Shown here: in pieces, positions 20,349-33,554 of the stretch
Position numbering within the stretch: position 1 is the stretch's first letter
How the letters are laid out: every line of letters begins with the position of its first letter
NCBI RefSeq assembly: GCF_006345805.1
Contig: NC_043011.1
Span: 29,276,464-29,340,463 of the forward strand
Direction of reading: 5' to 3'
Source: Octopus sinensis
Taxonomy: Eukaryota
Length of the DNA: 64,000 nucleotides
Made by a program: the position numbers and the translations under genes
The notes under the pieces: generated by a model
Database searches by the model: none
What the model was told of the DNA's origin: nothing
Seen by the model: only the letters and a program-made list of their open reading frames with translations

Positions 20349-21988
20349 AATTAAAGAAAAAAAAAAAAGGAGAAAATTTGGAAAGACTTTTGGTTATGTA
20401 TTTTGAAACCTTAAAGATGTATTGCGAAAGATTTATATGTGAATTTGTGAAAACAATTTTTCTGTAATTGATAATATATTTTGAAATTATATTTTGAAAT
20501 GTATTGAAATGTATTGCAAAATGCTGAAAAATGAATTTGTTACTGTTGAAAACATTATAAAATGACGAAATGTAACCGCCTGATTTCGGGGATCGGGTGG
20601 AGCATTACACCACATTTATACATATTTTCATATTTCATTATTTTTATTTTTTTTCCCCCGATTGTACTGTCCCCCTCTACGTTCGCCCCTTGTGGGTAAT
20701 AATAAAATCACATGGAGGAAAGCACCTTCGAAAAGTGTCTTGGTGCGATTATGAAAGATATCTAATCAGAGGCAGTAAATTTACAACAATAGAAGCAAGG
20801 TTCGAGTCAATGGAGCGTGCAAGGGAGTACTCGACTCGAACTTGCAAAGTGGAAATATTTTATTTTTACCTTTATATCTGGAATGTAGGACGTCCCGGAA
20901 AAAAATTTAAAATGCCCCCCCCGAAGTAGGTAGGCTGGATTGTAGCCACACTTCTATATAAGAGGGACGACAAGATACAACTGATCGAAATTACAAGAGA
21001 CGGGCTAACAATTCCAGTCTGTTATATATTTTGAGTATTGTTATCACTAGCGATATCAAGATATAACTTTGTATTTTGTATTTTATGTGTAGATGTATAT
21101 ATATAGATGTACATGTAGTATGTACACATATATATACACATATATACATGCACTGGCTCTATGACCGGGCAACGACGGGTCTTTAATGCTAGTATATATA
21201 TATGATTAGATAAAGATAGTTATGAGTTACTGGCAATGTATATATATATATATATATATATATACATTGCCAGTATTCTCAGCCCTTTTAGAATCTTATC
21301 TCTTTATCGCTTACTCTACCTTATAGTCTCAATTCTTTTGTTTTTATTTTTTATTTTTTTAATATTTTTTGTTACTTTATTCTTATTTGGCTAATTCTTA
21401 TTTATATGTGGTTCTAACTTTATTATCCTTTTTTTTTACTATTTTTGCTTTTATTACCCTTGTCTTTTGCTTCCTTGGTATTTTATTTCCAGTACCCTTG
21501 CCCCTTATTTCTTATTTTTTATTTTTTAACGTTTATTTAAAAAAAAAATTTTTCTTTCTATTTTCTTTTCTCTCCATTTTTTTTTCTTTATTTCTTTCTA
21601 TCTTATTTTCCTTCCTATCTTATACAAGAGAATTGAATATAAACCCATTCCAATCTATTTAACATTCACTCTATGTAGACTGGTGATACAGTATGGGCAG
21701 ATTTTCAAAATCCAATGAATTTTTATACATTTATACAGTTAGGAAATTTTACAAATACACTTTCTCAGGGAGATATGATATACCTATTTTAATGAGTAAT
21801 ACTACATGTACTTTTCATACTTTTAATAGTGTGATGTAACTCTTTGAAATAACAATGTTTGCAGCTGAAGAGAGCTTTAAACCATCTTTTATATCTATTA
21901 TACACTGATGTAAGAACAGATTGTTTATAAAGCTTGAAACACGTGTACCGCAATATCCTTTGTATTCTTTTTTAATTTTATTTGATAT

Positions 21989-22031
<43 letters not shown>

Positions 22032-22069
22032 CGATCTATCATTCACCATGATAGATCACTAGCCACTAC

Positions 22070-22225
22070 ACATTATTTTCTCTCCTTGTTCCTCTCTGTG
22101 GAAGAGCGTAGGCTCAAAACATTAAAGACTTTTTCATTTCCTGACCATTATACTAATACATCTGTTTGTTGTCTACATCACCTGTCTTCGTCTTTTGTTT
22201 TTTTTTTGTGAATTCTCCCAGGATA
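22070..22225 (+). mobile_element. Penelope-like terminal-repeat remnant with decayed hammerhead motif
   Basis: GAAGAGCGTAGGCTCAAAAC; related copies near 39590-39710 and 48890-49005 (GATGAGTGCAGGCTCGAAACGTA). Confidence 0.5.
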
Positions 22226-22337
22226 TATGAATAGATAGATAGATAGATAGATACATATATATACATATATATATACACATGGATTGAATCAAGAGCCATG
22301 TGGTCAAGAAGCAAACTTCTTACCACACAGCCATGCC

Positions 22338-22369
<32 letters not shown>

Positions 22370-23461
22370 TGAATGTATATATGTATGAATGTATGTATGT
22401 ATGTATGTATGTATGTACACACCCACATACACAAACACATGTATGATAGTTGGTGCTGAGACATAATTGTCCTTGTAATTTAAGAAATTATTATTATATT
22501 ATCGTTATAATTTAATTATGTATAATCAACTAAACTGAATTACACTTAAAATGTAAATGATGCTTAACTATGGGAATGAGATTAATTAATTTTAGAGAAT
22601 AATGTAAATTAGAAGTGAATTCAATCCAGATTAAATAGACGCATGTAAAGTCGTACAACATTGTTTAGTGAATAGATAATTTGTCCTTTGTTGATTTAAA
22701 AAAAATTAAAACATTTTTCAAATAATGGATGATATATTTGGAAAAAAAAGCAAACAATTAGCATAGAAGTAGTGTTGTTTCTAGTGAATTCATAAGATAT
22801 AAAGGCAAGATAACTGATACATATTAAATTTGATATAAAAAAATATTGTAAGGCACAGGAATTATCTTTATTAAATATCATTTATAGTTTAATTATTTAA
22901 AGGAAAAATTGGCTATAAAACAGTAAATATGATATATCAGTAATAGTTTGGAAAAAGGAAAAAAAGAGTTAAAAACGAAAAAAAGTTTGAAAAAGTAATA
23001 ATGGGATAAATTATGGGATAGATAATGGGATAAATTGAAGAGAATAGAGTCTCATAATATTTTATGTGTTAAATATGTGAGAACTTATATGAAAATAAGT
23101 ATAAATATAAAACACTCACACACACGCAAATATCAATATTTCTTATGACATGCCATCTGATATATTTATACAAGTAGAGTCTAAATGTTAGCTAGCAAAC
23201 AATATGAAATAATGAGAATGTATTGGAAGAAAAAAAAAGGAACAAATTCTTAAAGCATATAATTACATTGATGTATACTCTGATTTCAGAAATACATTAA
23301 AATATAAGTTATTATAATTATGAGGCTATATAAACATGATTAATTCTTTTTACTGGGCCCTGTCAATGAAAGCAACAATATTGTCTATTTATATTTATGC
23401 ATACATGTCTACCAGAAACATAATCATATCCAGAGACATAATCTATTTAGCTATCTATCAA

Positions 23462-23509
<48 letters not shown>

Positions 23510-23574
23510 ACTATCTATCTATCTGTATGTGTGTGTGTAATATATATGTATGTGTGTGTGTATATATATATATA

Positions 23575-23997
23575 TATATACGAGTGGTTGTGTGGTAAGT
23601 AGCTTGTTTACTAACCACATGGTTCTGGGTTCAGTCCCACTGTGTAGGACCTTGGGCAAGTGTCTTCTACTATAGCCTCGGGCCGACCAAAGCCTTGTAA
23701 GTGGATTTGGTAGATGGAAACTGAAAGAAGCCCGTCGTATATATGTATATATATATGTGTATGTTTGTGTGTTTGTGTATATCTTTGTGTGTCTGTGTTT
23801 GTCCCCACCAACATCGCTTGACAACTGATGCTGGTGTGTTTATGTCCCCGTATCTTAGCGGTTCAGCAAAAGAGACCAATAGAATAGGTACTAGGCTTAC
23901 AAAGAATAAGTCCTGGGGTCGATTTGCTCGACTAAAAGCGGTGCTCCAGCATGGCCACAGTCAAATGACTGAAATAAGTAAAAGAGTAAAAGAGTAA
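23575..23997 (+). mobile_element. Near full-length CORE-like SINE with internal microsatellite
   Basis: tRNA-like head, CCTTGGGCAAGT core, 3' part ending GTAAAAGAGTAAAAGAG. Confidence 0.85.
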
Positions 23998-24419
23998 TAT
24001 GTTGTCATCATTATCAGTAAGAGCAGCTGTATCTCATAACAGAGAATTTCGCTTCTTCCTTGCTGAATGCTTCCATTATGGTGATGGCGTTGATCACTAA
24101 GTAGACCAATTCTTGCATTGAAAAGTCAATGCCATTGACGGCATGGTAATGTTGGTGGAGGACGAGGTTGATTTTGCCAAGCCTTTCTCTCCTGTCATTT
24201 TAATTTCATTCCTTAGTTGACCTTCTGTTGTCATTCTGTGTACTACATTATATTGCATAACTTTATTGCTCCAGATTCTTCTGATGAGCCACACAGTAGA
24301 TTCTGAATCAAAAGACATGAATGTATTTGAATAATATTTATTGTTTTATATGTGTGAGTATTTGTATGCATATGTTTATCAATAGCTCCTACTCCCAACA
24401 CATAATTAAACTCACAGCT

Positions 24420-24900
24420 ATAATAATAATAATAATGAAATTATTGTATACATTGCTCAGGTGCACCACAACTTGTCAAAAGTGTGTATAAAGTATATGC
24501 AGTAATGTACAAATGTCTGGGAAGTGAACAGTGTATGAGTCAGATACATGCTTGCGTGTGTATGGAGGGGAGAAAATCAGGTGTAGTGTTGGTGAATCTC
24601 AGGGATCATGGAAGTTTTGAAGGCTGCAGTGCTCTGACAACTAACAACTGATGCTGGCAGTCTGTTCCATACTTCAGCAACTCTTACCGTGGAAAAATGT
24701 TTCCAAAGTCATGGGAGCTGTGCTGTTTTCTGACCTTGTAAACATGTCCACAGGTGTTAGACAGGTGGAGTTTGGAAAGGTGCTCAGAGTTATTGTTTGT
24801 AAGATGGTTAATAATTTTATGGATGTCTGCCAAGTCAGCTGCCAGACGTCAGAGTTTCAATGTATCCATGCCCAGGGAAGTAAGGCATTCAGAATATGGC
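24420..24900 (-). mobile_element. CR1-group LINE 3' fragment
   Basis: The minus strand reads ...GHVYKVRKQHSSHDFGNIFSTVRVAEVWNRLPASVV..., typical of CR1 ORF2 C-termini; a triplet tail lies near 24420. Confidence 0.7.
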
Positions 24901-24924
24901 AAATGCCTGATGGAGGGTATTCTT

Positions 24925-25070
24925 CTTATAGTTTCTGTCTACCAAATCCACTCACAAGGCTTTGGTCGGCCCAAGGCTACAGCAGAAGACACTCGCCCAA
25001 GGTGCCATGCAGTGGGACTGAAACTGAAATCATGTGGTCAGGAAGCAAGCTTCTTACCACATAGCCACAC
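24925..25070 (-). mobile_element. CORE-like SINE, 5' part
   Basis: Reverse complement of the SINE head. Confidence 0.7.
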
Positions 25071-26394
25071 CAGAGCAATTTTGTTGATGGACTCTTGTTA
25101 TGGAGTTGCAGTAAACACCTGTAATTAGTAGGAGTGTTACATAATTGATGAGTACACTCATTGCTTCATTATTCTCTTAAATTAAAAGAAAGTATTGTTA
25201 ATTACCTATTGATGGATGTGTCTCATTAATAAGGTCCAATAAATGACTTTATCACACACACATGAGATAATTAATGATTGTTTCCTAAGTTGACACAAAT
25301 ATTATGGAACAGGGTGTACTCTGTTGAATTGGCAATATTAAAAGACTGGTGGTTTGTAATAAACTCCTCCTCCTCCTTCACCACCACTACCACCAAAACC
25401 GCCGCCGCCGCCGCCGCCGCCACCACCACCGTCATCATCATTTAACACATGTTGACATGGCATGGACGGTTTGACAAAATTTGTTAAGTTGCTGCAGGAC
25501 TGCCTCAAACTCCAGTGTCTGCTTCAGCATAGTTTCTAAAGCTGGACATTCTTCCTAATGCCATCCACTTTGCAGAGTATGTGTATGTATGTTCCAAGTT
25601 GTTAGGCAATTTTTTTAATACTAGGGAGTTGACGTTATGACCAGGGGAACATCTTTTCAAAAAAGAACTTCATTGTCTAGGTAACGATTTTAATGTTTCC
25701 TATAAACCCAGATAAGCCTTGATACTATGAAAAGTACTTTATAGATATGTAAGGTATGGAAAGAAAAGCTGATCCCATTCAGATTTGAACCAAGAATCTA
25801 CAAAAAGGAGAACAAAACTGAACACCTTTAAGTATAGAGTGAGTTATACTATTTGACCATTCTGATGTCTGAGCAATATATAAATATCGATTATAGATCA
25901 TTTGACTGTGATGTCGGTTTATTGATGTGATTAAAACCAAAGTTGAATACAAAAATATTTCGGTTTTAGTTAAGGTAATGGCAGTTTGGCAGGCAATGGT
26001 TAATTCTGAACTAATTTTTATACGCGAAAGTTTTATATCCTAAAATGCTATGTCAGGTTGTAGATAACAATTATTTTAAATGAGAGTAAATGTTAATAAC
26101 CTATAGATAGGCTATTAATATCAACCTGTCTAGCTTGAATTTTATGAAAGCTTCCAATTTATTGACCAAAATTATTTTTAAAATGATACAAAAAAATAGT
26201 TCTTTTCTGTTAAAAATTGGAGTATAACTGTCTGTGCATGTATCTGTTATAGTTAATGAACCTCTTCACTCACTGTCTGTCTGTCTGTCTGTCTGTCCGT
26301 CCGTCCGTCTGCCTGTCTGCTTATCTAGCTATTTAACTATCTATCTATCTTTCTGTCTGTCTATGTCTCACACTGACTAACTTTCTCTCTCTGT

Positions 26395-26450
<56 letters not shown>

Positions 26451-26729
26451 ATATAATCCAAAACAATGAAGAAAAACACAATAAAAACCAACAATGCGAG
26501 GATGTGGTACATGCAAAGATGCAAAGTATTAAAAGACACTCAGGTTGTTTTATGTTTCGAGCAAAACTCTTCTTCAGAATCAAGAGAAAGAGGAAAGTCC
26601 AAGAGAAAAGAAAGACGGAGGAAAAAATCGTCAACAATCCACTTGTAGTTACATTTTGATATCTATCTATCTATCTATTTATCTTTTCATCACAAAAATA
26701 AGAAAATATCTACTTTAACACCTGCAAAA

Positions 26730-26945
26730 CAAGGAGGTGCTGAAAAATTCTTGGTTTCAGGTAAAAGAAAATACAGGAGGATCAGTTAATTATGATTTTA
26801 TTCAACATATTCCTCTCTCAGATTCACACACTTATTGCAGTGGTCCTTCAGTTTTTCTAAGCCCTGTAAAAGAACTCAGATGCTTGGGCCTCCAACCTGG
26901 CCTTTCATGATAAACTTAAAGCCAGGAACTTTCCAGTACCCCTTG
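26730..26945. mobile_element. Mariner-type MITE
   Basis: GGAGGTGCTGAAAAATTC ... GGAACTTTCCAGTACCCC; same family as 9796-10021. Confidence 0.65.
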
Positions 26946-27237
26946 GACTCTGTGTGTGTGTGTGTGTATGTATATATATATATATATATATATATACATA
27001 CACACAGAGAGACCTAAAAGTAGGTTTATAGTTATTCAACTATCTCTTTCGTATTCATATATTAACAGTTTAGATTTTGACTATAAAAAACATATGAAAC
27101 CATTATTCTATTCTAATTGGGTTAATTTTGTCAAGCCCCTTTTTCAGTTTGTAAGATATAAATATAAATATAATAAAATGTTTTAAAAGAAATTTAAAGT
27201 GCCTATGTGATAACTGTAAACCTACTTTTGGGCCACC

Positions 27238-27280
<43 letters not shown>

Positions 27281-27467
27281 ATCCAAACATGAAAACACAA
27301 AGAGAAAACAAAACAAAGTGAGGACATGGAATAAGTATAGTGTTATTGGATGCTCAGGAGAGGAAAGAAAGAAGGAGGATTTAACGTTTCGAGCGGTGCT
27401 CTTCATCAAATACATAGGAAAAGAAAAGATCCAAGGAAGGGAAGACGGAGGAAAAAAATCGCCAATG

Positions 27468-27506
<39 letters not shown>

Positions 27507-27675
27507 CTTATTCAACAAAATTTTATATAGAGTCTGACGAGCTGTTCACAAGGCTTTGGCTTTGTGGGTGCAAAACCTTGGGTAACTCTGCATAAAATTT
27601 TGTTGTAATAATTGCAGCTCTATTTTTTAGACTGTGCTTCTTTCTGATATATGTTTTTTTTATTAACTACACACA

Positions 27676-27892
27676 CAGAAACGTTAGTGCGCAGGGCGAA
27701 ATGCTTAGCGGTATTTCGTCTGTCGTTACGTTATGAGTTCGAATTCCGCCGAGGTTGACTTTGCCTTTCATCCTTTCGGGGTCGATAAATAAAGTACCAG
27801 TTTCGCACTGGGGTCGATGTAATCTACTTAATCCCTTTGTCTGTCCTTGTTTGTCCCCTCTATGTTTAGCCCCTTGTGGGTAGTAAAGAAAT
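27676..27892 (+). mobile_element. tRNA-derived SINE, second family, with a TGTCCCCTCTATGTTTAGCCCCTTGTGGG tail
   Basis: B-box GAGTTCGAATTCC; central GCCTTTCATCCTTTCGGGGTCGATAAAT; same family on the minus strand at 29829-30058. Confidence 0.85.
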
Positions 27893-28294
27893 ATATATAT
27901 ATATATATATATAAAGCGAGGACCTTTTCAGCACCCACTCATAATGTTAAGATTTTGTCGTAGAAATTATATACACTTAGAATATGGCAACCAGCGATAA
28001 AGTATTGCTGCATCTTAGAGATTGTTCCTCAACTTTATTCATGTTAAGTCTGAGGCCACATTTTACTTGAACTAACTACAACACAATAACATCTAAATGA
28101 ACACAGCTGTCCACTGGTAAAGAAAGGATCAAAGCAAATATTGAAATGATCACATTCTTTTATACCATACTTGAGATTTCAACCAACCATGGAAGAAATC
28201 AACAGAAACAGATTGGCTATGAAAAATACGGTGCTTCTCAAGATTTCTGTACTACTTCGGCAGGATGTTCAATGCTGCTTTTTGAATCAATTGA

Positions 28295-28432
28295 GAATGA
28301 TGATGATGGTGATGATGTTGATGATGTCAGTGACAATAACAACAACTGCAATTATAATGATGGTAACAGTGATGATGATGATGATGATGATGATGACAAT
28401 GACAATGACGATGATGGTGATGATGATGATAG

Positions 28433-28481
<49 letters not shown>

Positions 28482-28605
28482 GGTAGTGACAATGATATTG
28501 GTAACAATGATGATGGAGACGACGACAACGATGATGATGATGATGGTGGTGGTGATGGTGGTGGCAGTGGTGATAACAATGACAATGATGGTGATGATGA
28601 TAATC
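28295..28605. repeat. (GAT)n/(GGT)n/(GAC)n low-complexity tract
   Basis: Directly visible. Confidence 0.9.
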
Positions 28606-28880
28606 GTTTTACATCCACTTTTCTATGACAGCATGGGTTTGATTTTTTTTTTTGTTTTTGTGGTAGTGTTTTATGGGCAGATGTTCTTCCTGTCACCATC
28701 TTACCTCTTACAATATGTTGGGACATGTTATGACTATTTCAAAACCGAGATATACAGAGTAATCTTTTAAATTGATTACCCTGAAGTTCTTCTCATCCTT
28801 TAGATTATTGTATAATTTATCCTATCTAAACACTAGACAATGATTTTCCTTAGTCTGATTATTGAAGAAGACTTTAAAAT

Positions 28881-29400
28881 TGTCACAGATGTGAACTTAG
28901 CCATCCAGCTTCCATACAATAACAACTGATGCAATGCAGGAGGTGTAATCAGTCAGAATATACCATTGTAAGGTCAAGGTTTTGATTCCTAGACCAGGTA
29001 ATAGATGGTGTCATGTGACATCTTGCTGGGGTTGCCTGCTGGAGCCTAGCAGCGGGTATTTAAAGGGAAATTTGACAAGACAGTCAGTTGCCTGCTGACA
29101 CTTGTTGATGCTACATCAAAGAGGCCAAGGAACATAAGAAAGAAGGAGAAAGAAGACATGCACTCAACACCAGAGCTGAAGACACCTCCGAAAGGGGAGG
29201 GGGCCCACCACGTCTAAAACGGTAGAGGAGTAGGGGCCGAAACCGGATGTGGTTCCTCCTGATGATGTCTTGTGCTAACTGGATCCTATAAAGGAGCTGT
29301 TGTGGTAGCAGACCACAAAACATGGTTGAAGTTCCTGTTTTTTATCAAAACATTCCATTTCGTGTTGTTCTATGATCACTTTCACATATGACATGTGACA
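28881..29400. mobile_element. Possible solo LTR
   Basis: TGTCAC...GTGACA inverted ends, higher GC, TATTTAAA motif; no target-site duplication found. Confidence 0.3.
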
Positions 29401-29828
29401 AACCATGCACCTGTACAGGTAATGCTAATTTGATAGAGAGGATGAGCTTATGTACAGCACAAACATTTAATCACTATAAACAAATCATCTGTATCATTAT
29501 GTTCAGCAAGAAATTTCAGAATTATCTTTCTTGGTCTTGAGAGACTGTCATTAACTTCAGTGTTTTGCATTCCAATTCTTCTTTCACCAATTTGGCTTTT
29601 AATAGCCTAGCCTCTTGGGAAAGAAAAAAAGTACCACTCCAACCTATAACACATCTTTTGGACAGTAGCCAGATTTCTAATTGATTCTGTTGAATGTGAC
29701 TATATGACTCTGAGGGTGAATTAACAATAGAAAGTGAATCAAAAATAAAAGATGGGTAAAAGTTGCTATGGAGCAGGGTTAAATCTGTCAGGAACCCTAG
29801 GAGGCACAAAGCTGAAACTTAACATGGT

Positions 29829-30058
29829 TTCTTATTTCTTTATTGTCCACAAGGGGCTAAACATAGAGGGGACAAAAAAGGACAGATTAAGTCGATTACA
29901 TCAAACCCAGTACGTAACTGGTACTTATTTAATCGACTCCGAAAAGATAAAAGGCAAAGTCGGCCTCAGCGGAATTTGAACTCAGAACATAGCAGCAGAC
30001 GAAATACTGCTAAACATTTCGCCCGGTGTGCCAACGTTTCTGCCAGTTTGCCACCTTC
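29829..30058 (-). mobile_element. tRNA-derived SINE (27676 family)
   Basis: Reverse complement ends TGTCCCCTCTATGTTTAGCCCCTTGTGGACAATAAAGAAATAAGAA. Confidence 0.8.
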
Positions 30059-31794
30059 TTAACATGGTTTTTACAAATTATTGAAATTACAAAACTACTT
30101 TATGAACAGGATGCTGGTCTAACACAGGATAAATTTCCCAGCCATTACAGGAACTCATTTTACAGCTGAGTGGACTGGTGCAATGTGAAATTAAGTGTTT
30201 TGCTTAAGAAAACAATGCGCCATCTGTTCCGGGAATTGAACATACAATCTTATGACTGTGAGTGCGACAACCTAATCAATAGATCATGTGCCTTCATATA
30301 TGGAGCAGAGTGAAATTCATTAAATAGAATTAGGATTGACAAAGTAAATAATAATTCCAGAAAAAATAGCAGAAATTATTTGTGAGCATACTTAAACTTT
30401 ACTACAACCTTGTGTTGTGCCTTAGATACACATCAACTTAATGGATTAAGAGTTATAAGTAAGTAAAAGTAAATAATAATGAAAAAAACCTGTACTCCAT
30501 CAGAGTACAACTATATAAAATACAAAACTCATCCTATTTGCGCTAGAAAGAAAAATAGAAGGAAGCAAAAACTAATGATGTAAGATTAAAACTTTGTCAA
30601 CTGACGAGAAATTTTAAGAACTTCATAATATGTAAGCAACAACTAAAAAAAATTGTCTTCAAAACACCCTTTTCCTTATTCCTTTTCAAGTTAAAACTTC
30701 TTATCCCACCAAATATTATGAAGAAATGATTATCTCCCTTGTATTAGCTGTCTGCTAAGGGAAACACTATGTTCAAAGATTAAAAGTTGAACCTTATTTG
30801 AAAAGAAATATCAATGATGCTGTTATTGAAGAATGCATGCAAAAAAGGAAGAAAAGTCAAGTGGAAGCATAGAATCAGGAATGAAGACACTGACCTTTAA
30901 GGGAAGATAAAACAAATTAAAATTTTAAAATGTATTTAAAACCCATTAGATTGGACAGGATAATAATAACTAAGACAAAAAAAAATCACCAATATAGTCT
31001 ATAATTTCACTCTACTTAAAGCCAAAAAAAGGTTAGATAGAAAATGAAAAAAAAAAAGCAAATAAATTTTTCAATTATATTTTGACAGGTAAGCTACATC
31101 TGGGAAAGTTTATAGGTAGAATTATTTGAATTAGTATACTGGCTTTCCAAAATATCTTATGGAAGATATATCAGAGGAAAGCAATTTATTGATTACTTAA
31201 TTTTCATCACTTATTTCCTTTCAAACAGTTTTTTTTTTAATCTTCTGTCAATATCAGGAGTTGCAGTGTACTGTAATTTATCATAGGTTACAAGTTGATG
31301 ACAGGAGAAGATTTTTTCTTCCCTTTTTCGAAATAGAATGTCAATCTAGTATAAGTTTGGCTTAGAAGGAATTTTAGTTTGGCATTACAAACTAACAAAA
31401 TACCTATCAACTATGTAATTGCTTTCCTGCCTACAGCAGTAAATTATACTTCACTATGCACAGCAGAGTGGTTAAGAAGTTTTCTTCACAGTTATACAGT
31501 CCTGGTTTCAATCTCACTGCATGACAAATTTGGGAAGTATCTTTTACCAGTGTTCTGGATCAACTTGAATTTTTCAAGTGAAAAATGGGTTAACAAAAAC
31601 TTGTTCTGAAGACAGTCAGAAAGACCACACCTGAAGTTCAAAAGACCTCATTTTTCAGATACTACCACTATGAATCTCTATGAAAATTACATTAAAGGTA
31701 CACATATCTGTGGTTACCAACAAAAGGTTGCCTGGTGATCTATAAAAGTGAGAAGTGAGAACTTCTCAGTGATATATATATATATATATATATA

Positions 31795-32200
31795 GGCATA
31801 GTAGTGGCTGTGTGGTAAGTAGCTTGCTTACTAACCACATGGTTCAGGGTTCAGTCCCACTACATGGCACCTTGGGCAAGTGTCTTCTACTATAGCCTCG
31901 GGTCAACCAAAACCTTGTGAGTGGATTTGGTTGACAGAAACTGAAAGAAGCCTGTCGTATATATGTATATATATGTATGTGTGTGTATGTGTTTGTGTGT
32001 CTGTGTTTGTCCTCCCAACATCGCTTGACAACCGATGCTGGTGTGTTTACGTCCCCGTAACTTAGTGGTTTGGCACAAGAGACCGATAGAAAAAGTACTA
32101 GGCTTACAAAGAATAAGTCCTGGGGTTGATTTGCTCAACTAAAGGTGGTGCTCCAGCATGGCCACAGTCAAATGACTGAAACAAGTAAAAGTGTAAAGTG
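31795..32200 (+). mobile_element. Near full-length CORE-like SINE
   Basis: Colinear with 23575-23997. Confidence 0.85.
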
Positions 32201-32961
32201 TATATAATATATACAAAAATTTTATAAAAGAATAAAGAGAGAACATAGGAGCATTGCTTTCTGGAATTCAGAAAGCCCAAGCAACACTGGGCTGAAAACC
32301 CACTCTGACAGAACAGGTCAAAGGCTGTCTATGGGCCACAGCAACACGCAGCTCCTTCCATCCACTAGGGCTCCTCAATCTAAAGCTGTATATGCACCAT
32401 AAGAACCACCTTTGGCAACACTGTGTAACAAAATTTTCGTCTTTGGTCAGTAAGTGTTATTTCCCATTTGCTTCTATCCAGAAATCAAAGGAAGTGACTT
32501 TGCTTTTCTAACCTGGACATCAATGAACCTAACCTGTTTTCCATTACATTTCAGACAGACCCAGTGCTGAGTTGCTGATGCAGAAATATCTTTATAGCAA
32601 ATATTCTGCTTTATACAACAGATTTGCTAGTTGTCTTTGGTCAGTATGTATTATTTCCTATTTCCTTCTATCTAGGAATCAAAAGACATGATTTCTATTC
32701 CCATCAAACTTTATTTTCTGACCTGGACATCAATGTTTTGAACCTAACCTACATTCCATTACGTTTCAGACAGATTCAGGGCTTAGTTGCTGAAGCAGAA
32801 ATATATCTTTATTCTGCTTAATACTACAGAATTGCTTGTCATTTGCTTGGCCTTAATCAGTTAAGAATGTCTATTAGTGGCTGACAATATGTGCATGAGC
32901 AGAAGTGGTAGGGGAGCATCATAACCATGTGTTGAGAAGCATTCTTTGTGGTTTGAATAAA

Positions 32962-33260
32962 TCTTTATATATAAAAGTGAAGTTATGTGTCTGTCTCCTA
33001 CGATTTAGATTCCTAACTACTCCAACATTTTGCAGTACAATTTAACCAAAAGCGGGTATCTTATAGTCGTGATTCATATCGAGCCCTTCTGGGTATTAGC
33101 ACGCGTCTACGATGAGTCTACGATTTCAAAAAAAAATTACCATCAATTTTTCCCATTTTCAATGCATTATTTTGCTATTATATAAGGGAAGTAACTCTCT
33201 AAAAATGCTTATATAGTTATTTCCCTTACAAACCCGAGCAACGCCGGGCGATACTGCTAG
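32962..33260 (+). mobile_element. Small non-autonomous Helitron (299 bp)
   Basis: A|TCTTTATATATAAAA start; CCCGAGCAACGCCGGG hairpin, then GATACTGCTAG|T end; inserted between A and T with no TSD. Confidence 0.85.
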
Positions 33261-33521
33261 TGTAATATAAGCAAAAGTTTGAAGGAAATATTAGCCATTT
33301 TTTTCATGCTTTCTGAGGGTAAACAAATAGGAATATAACAGTTGCTACCCAACGACAAAAATCGTGTTACACAGTGCAAGGAATTAAAGTGAGAGAGATG
33401 AAGGGAAAAGTAGAAAAGTTAGATGAAAGATCGACGCCAGTATGTGGTGTCATGATCCCAAAGATGAAAGTGCACTAGTATTGAAGATATATATATATGT
33501 ACATATATATGAAGATGCGCT

Positions 33522-33554
<33 letters not shown>

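Larger units (their letters stand above)
11360..20721 (+). repeat. Head-to-tail array of five gene-bearing units (A1 1792, B1 1937, A2 1786, B2 1916, C 1926 bp)
   Basis: GGAAA junctions at 11360, 13152, 15089, 16875, 18791 and 20717. Each unit has a leader, an ORF and a 3' region with shared motifs. Confidence 0.95.
10622..21192 (+). mobile_element. Candidate non-autonomous Helitron (about 10.6 kb) enclosing the five-unit gene array
   Basis: A|TCTTTATATATATAAAA at 10622; imperfect hairpin GACCGGGCAACGACGGGTC at 21163-21181, then CTAG|T at 21189-21193. Both flanks are (TA)n. The 299-bp element at 32962-33260 has the same terminal pattern. No Rep/helicase ORF is present. Confidence 0.6.

Noticed and set aside
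11360-20721. Array as autonomous LINEs, LTR elements or telomeric HeT-A-like elements
   Set aside because: There is no RT, endonuclease, protease or integrase ORF, no LTRs or primer-binding site, and no telomeric repeat; ordinary repeat-rich DNA continues on both sides.
27676-27760. tRNA-like heads with A/B boxes as tRNA genes
   Set aside because: They continue into SINE bodies and tails and I cannot fold complete cloverleaves.
28146-28770. Poly-Asp and poly-Met ORFs (also 2445-3028, 40977-41304, 56008-56613)
   Set aside because: They are triplet-repeat translations open in several frames at once.
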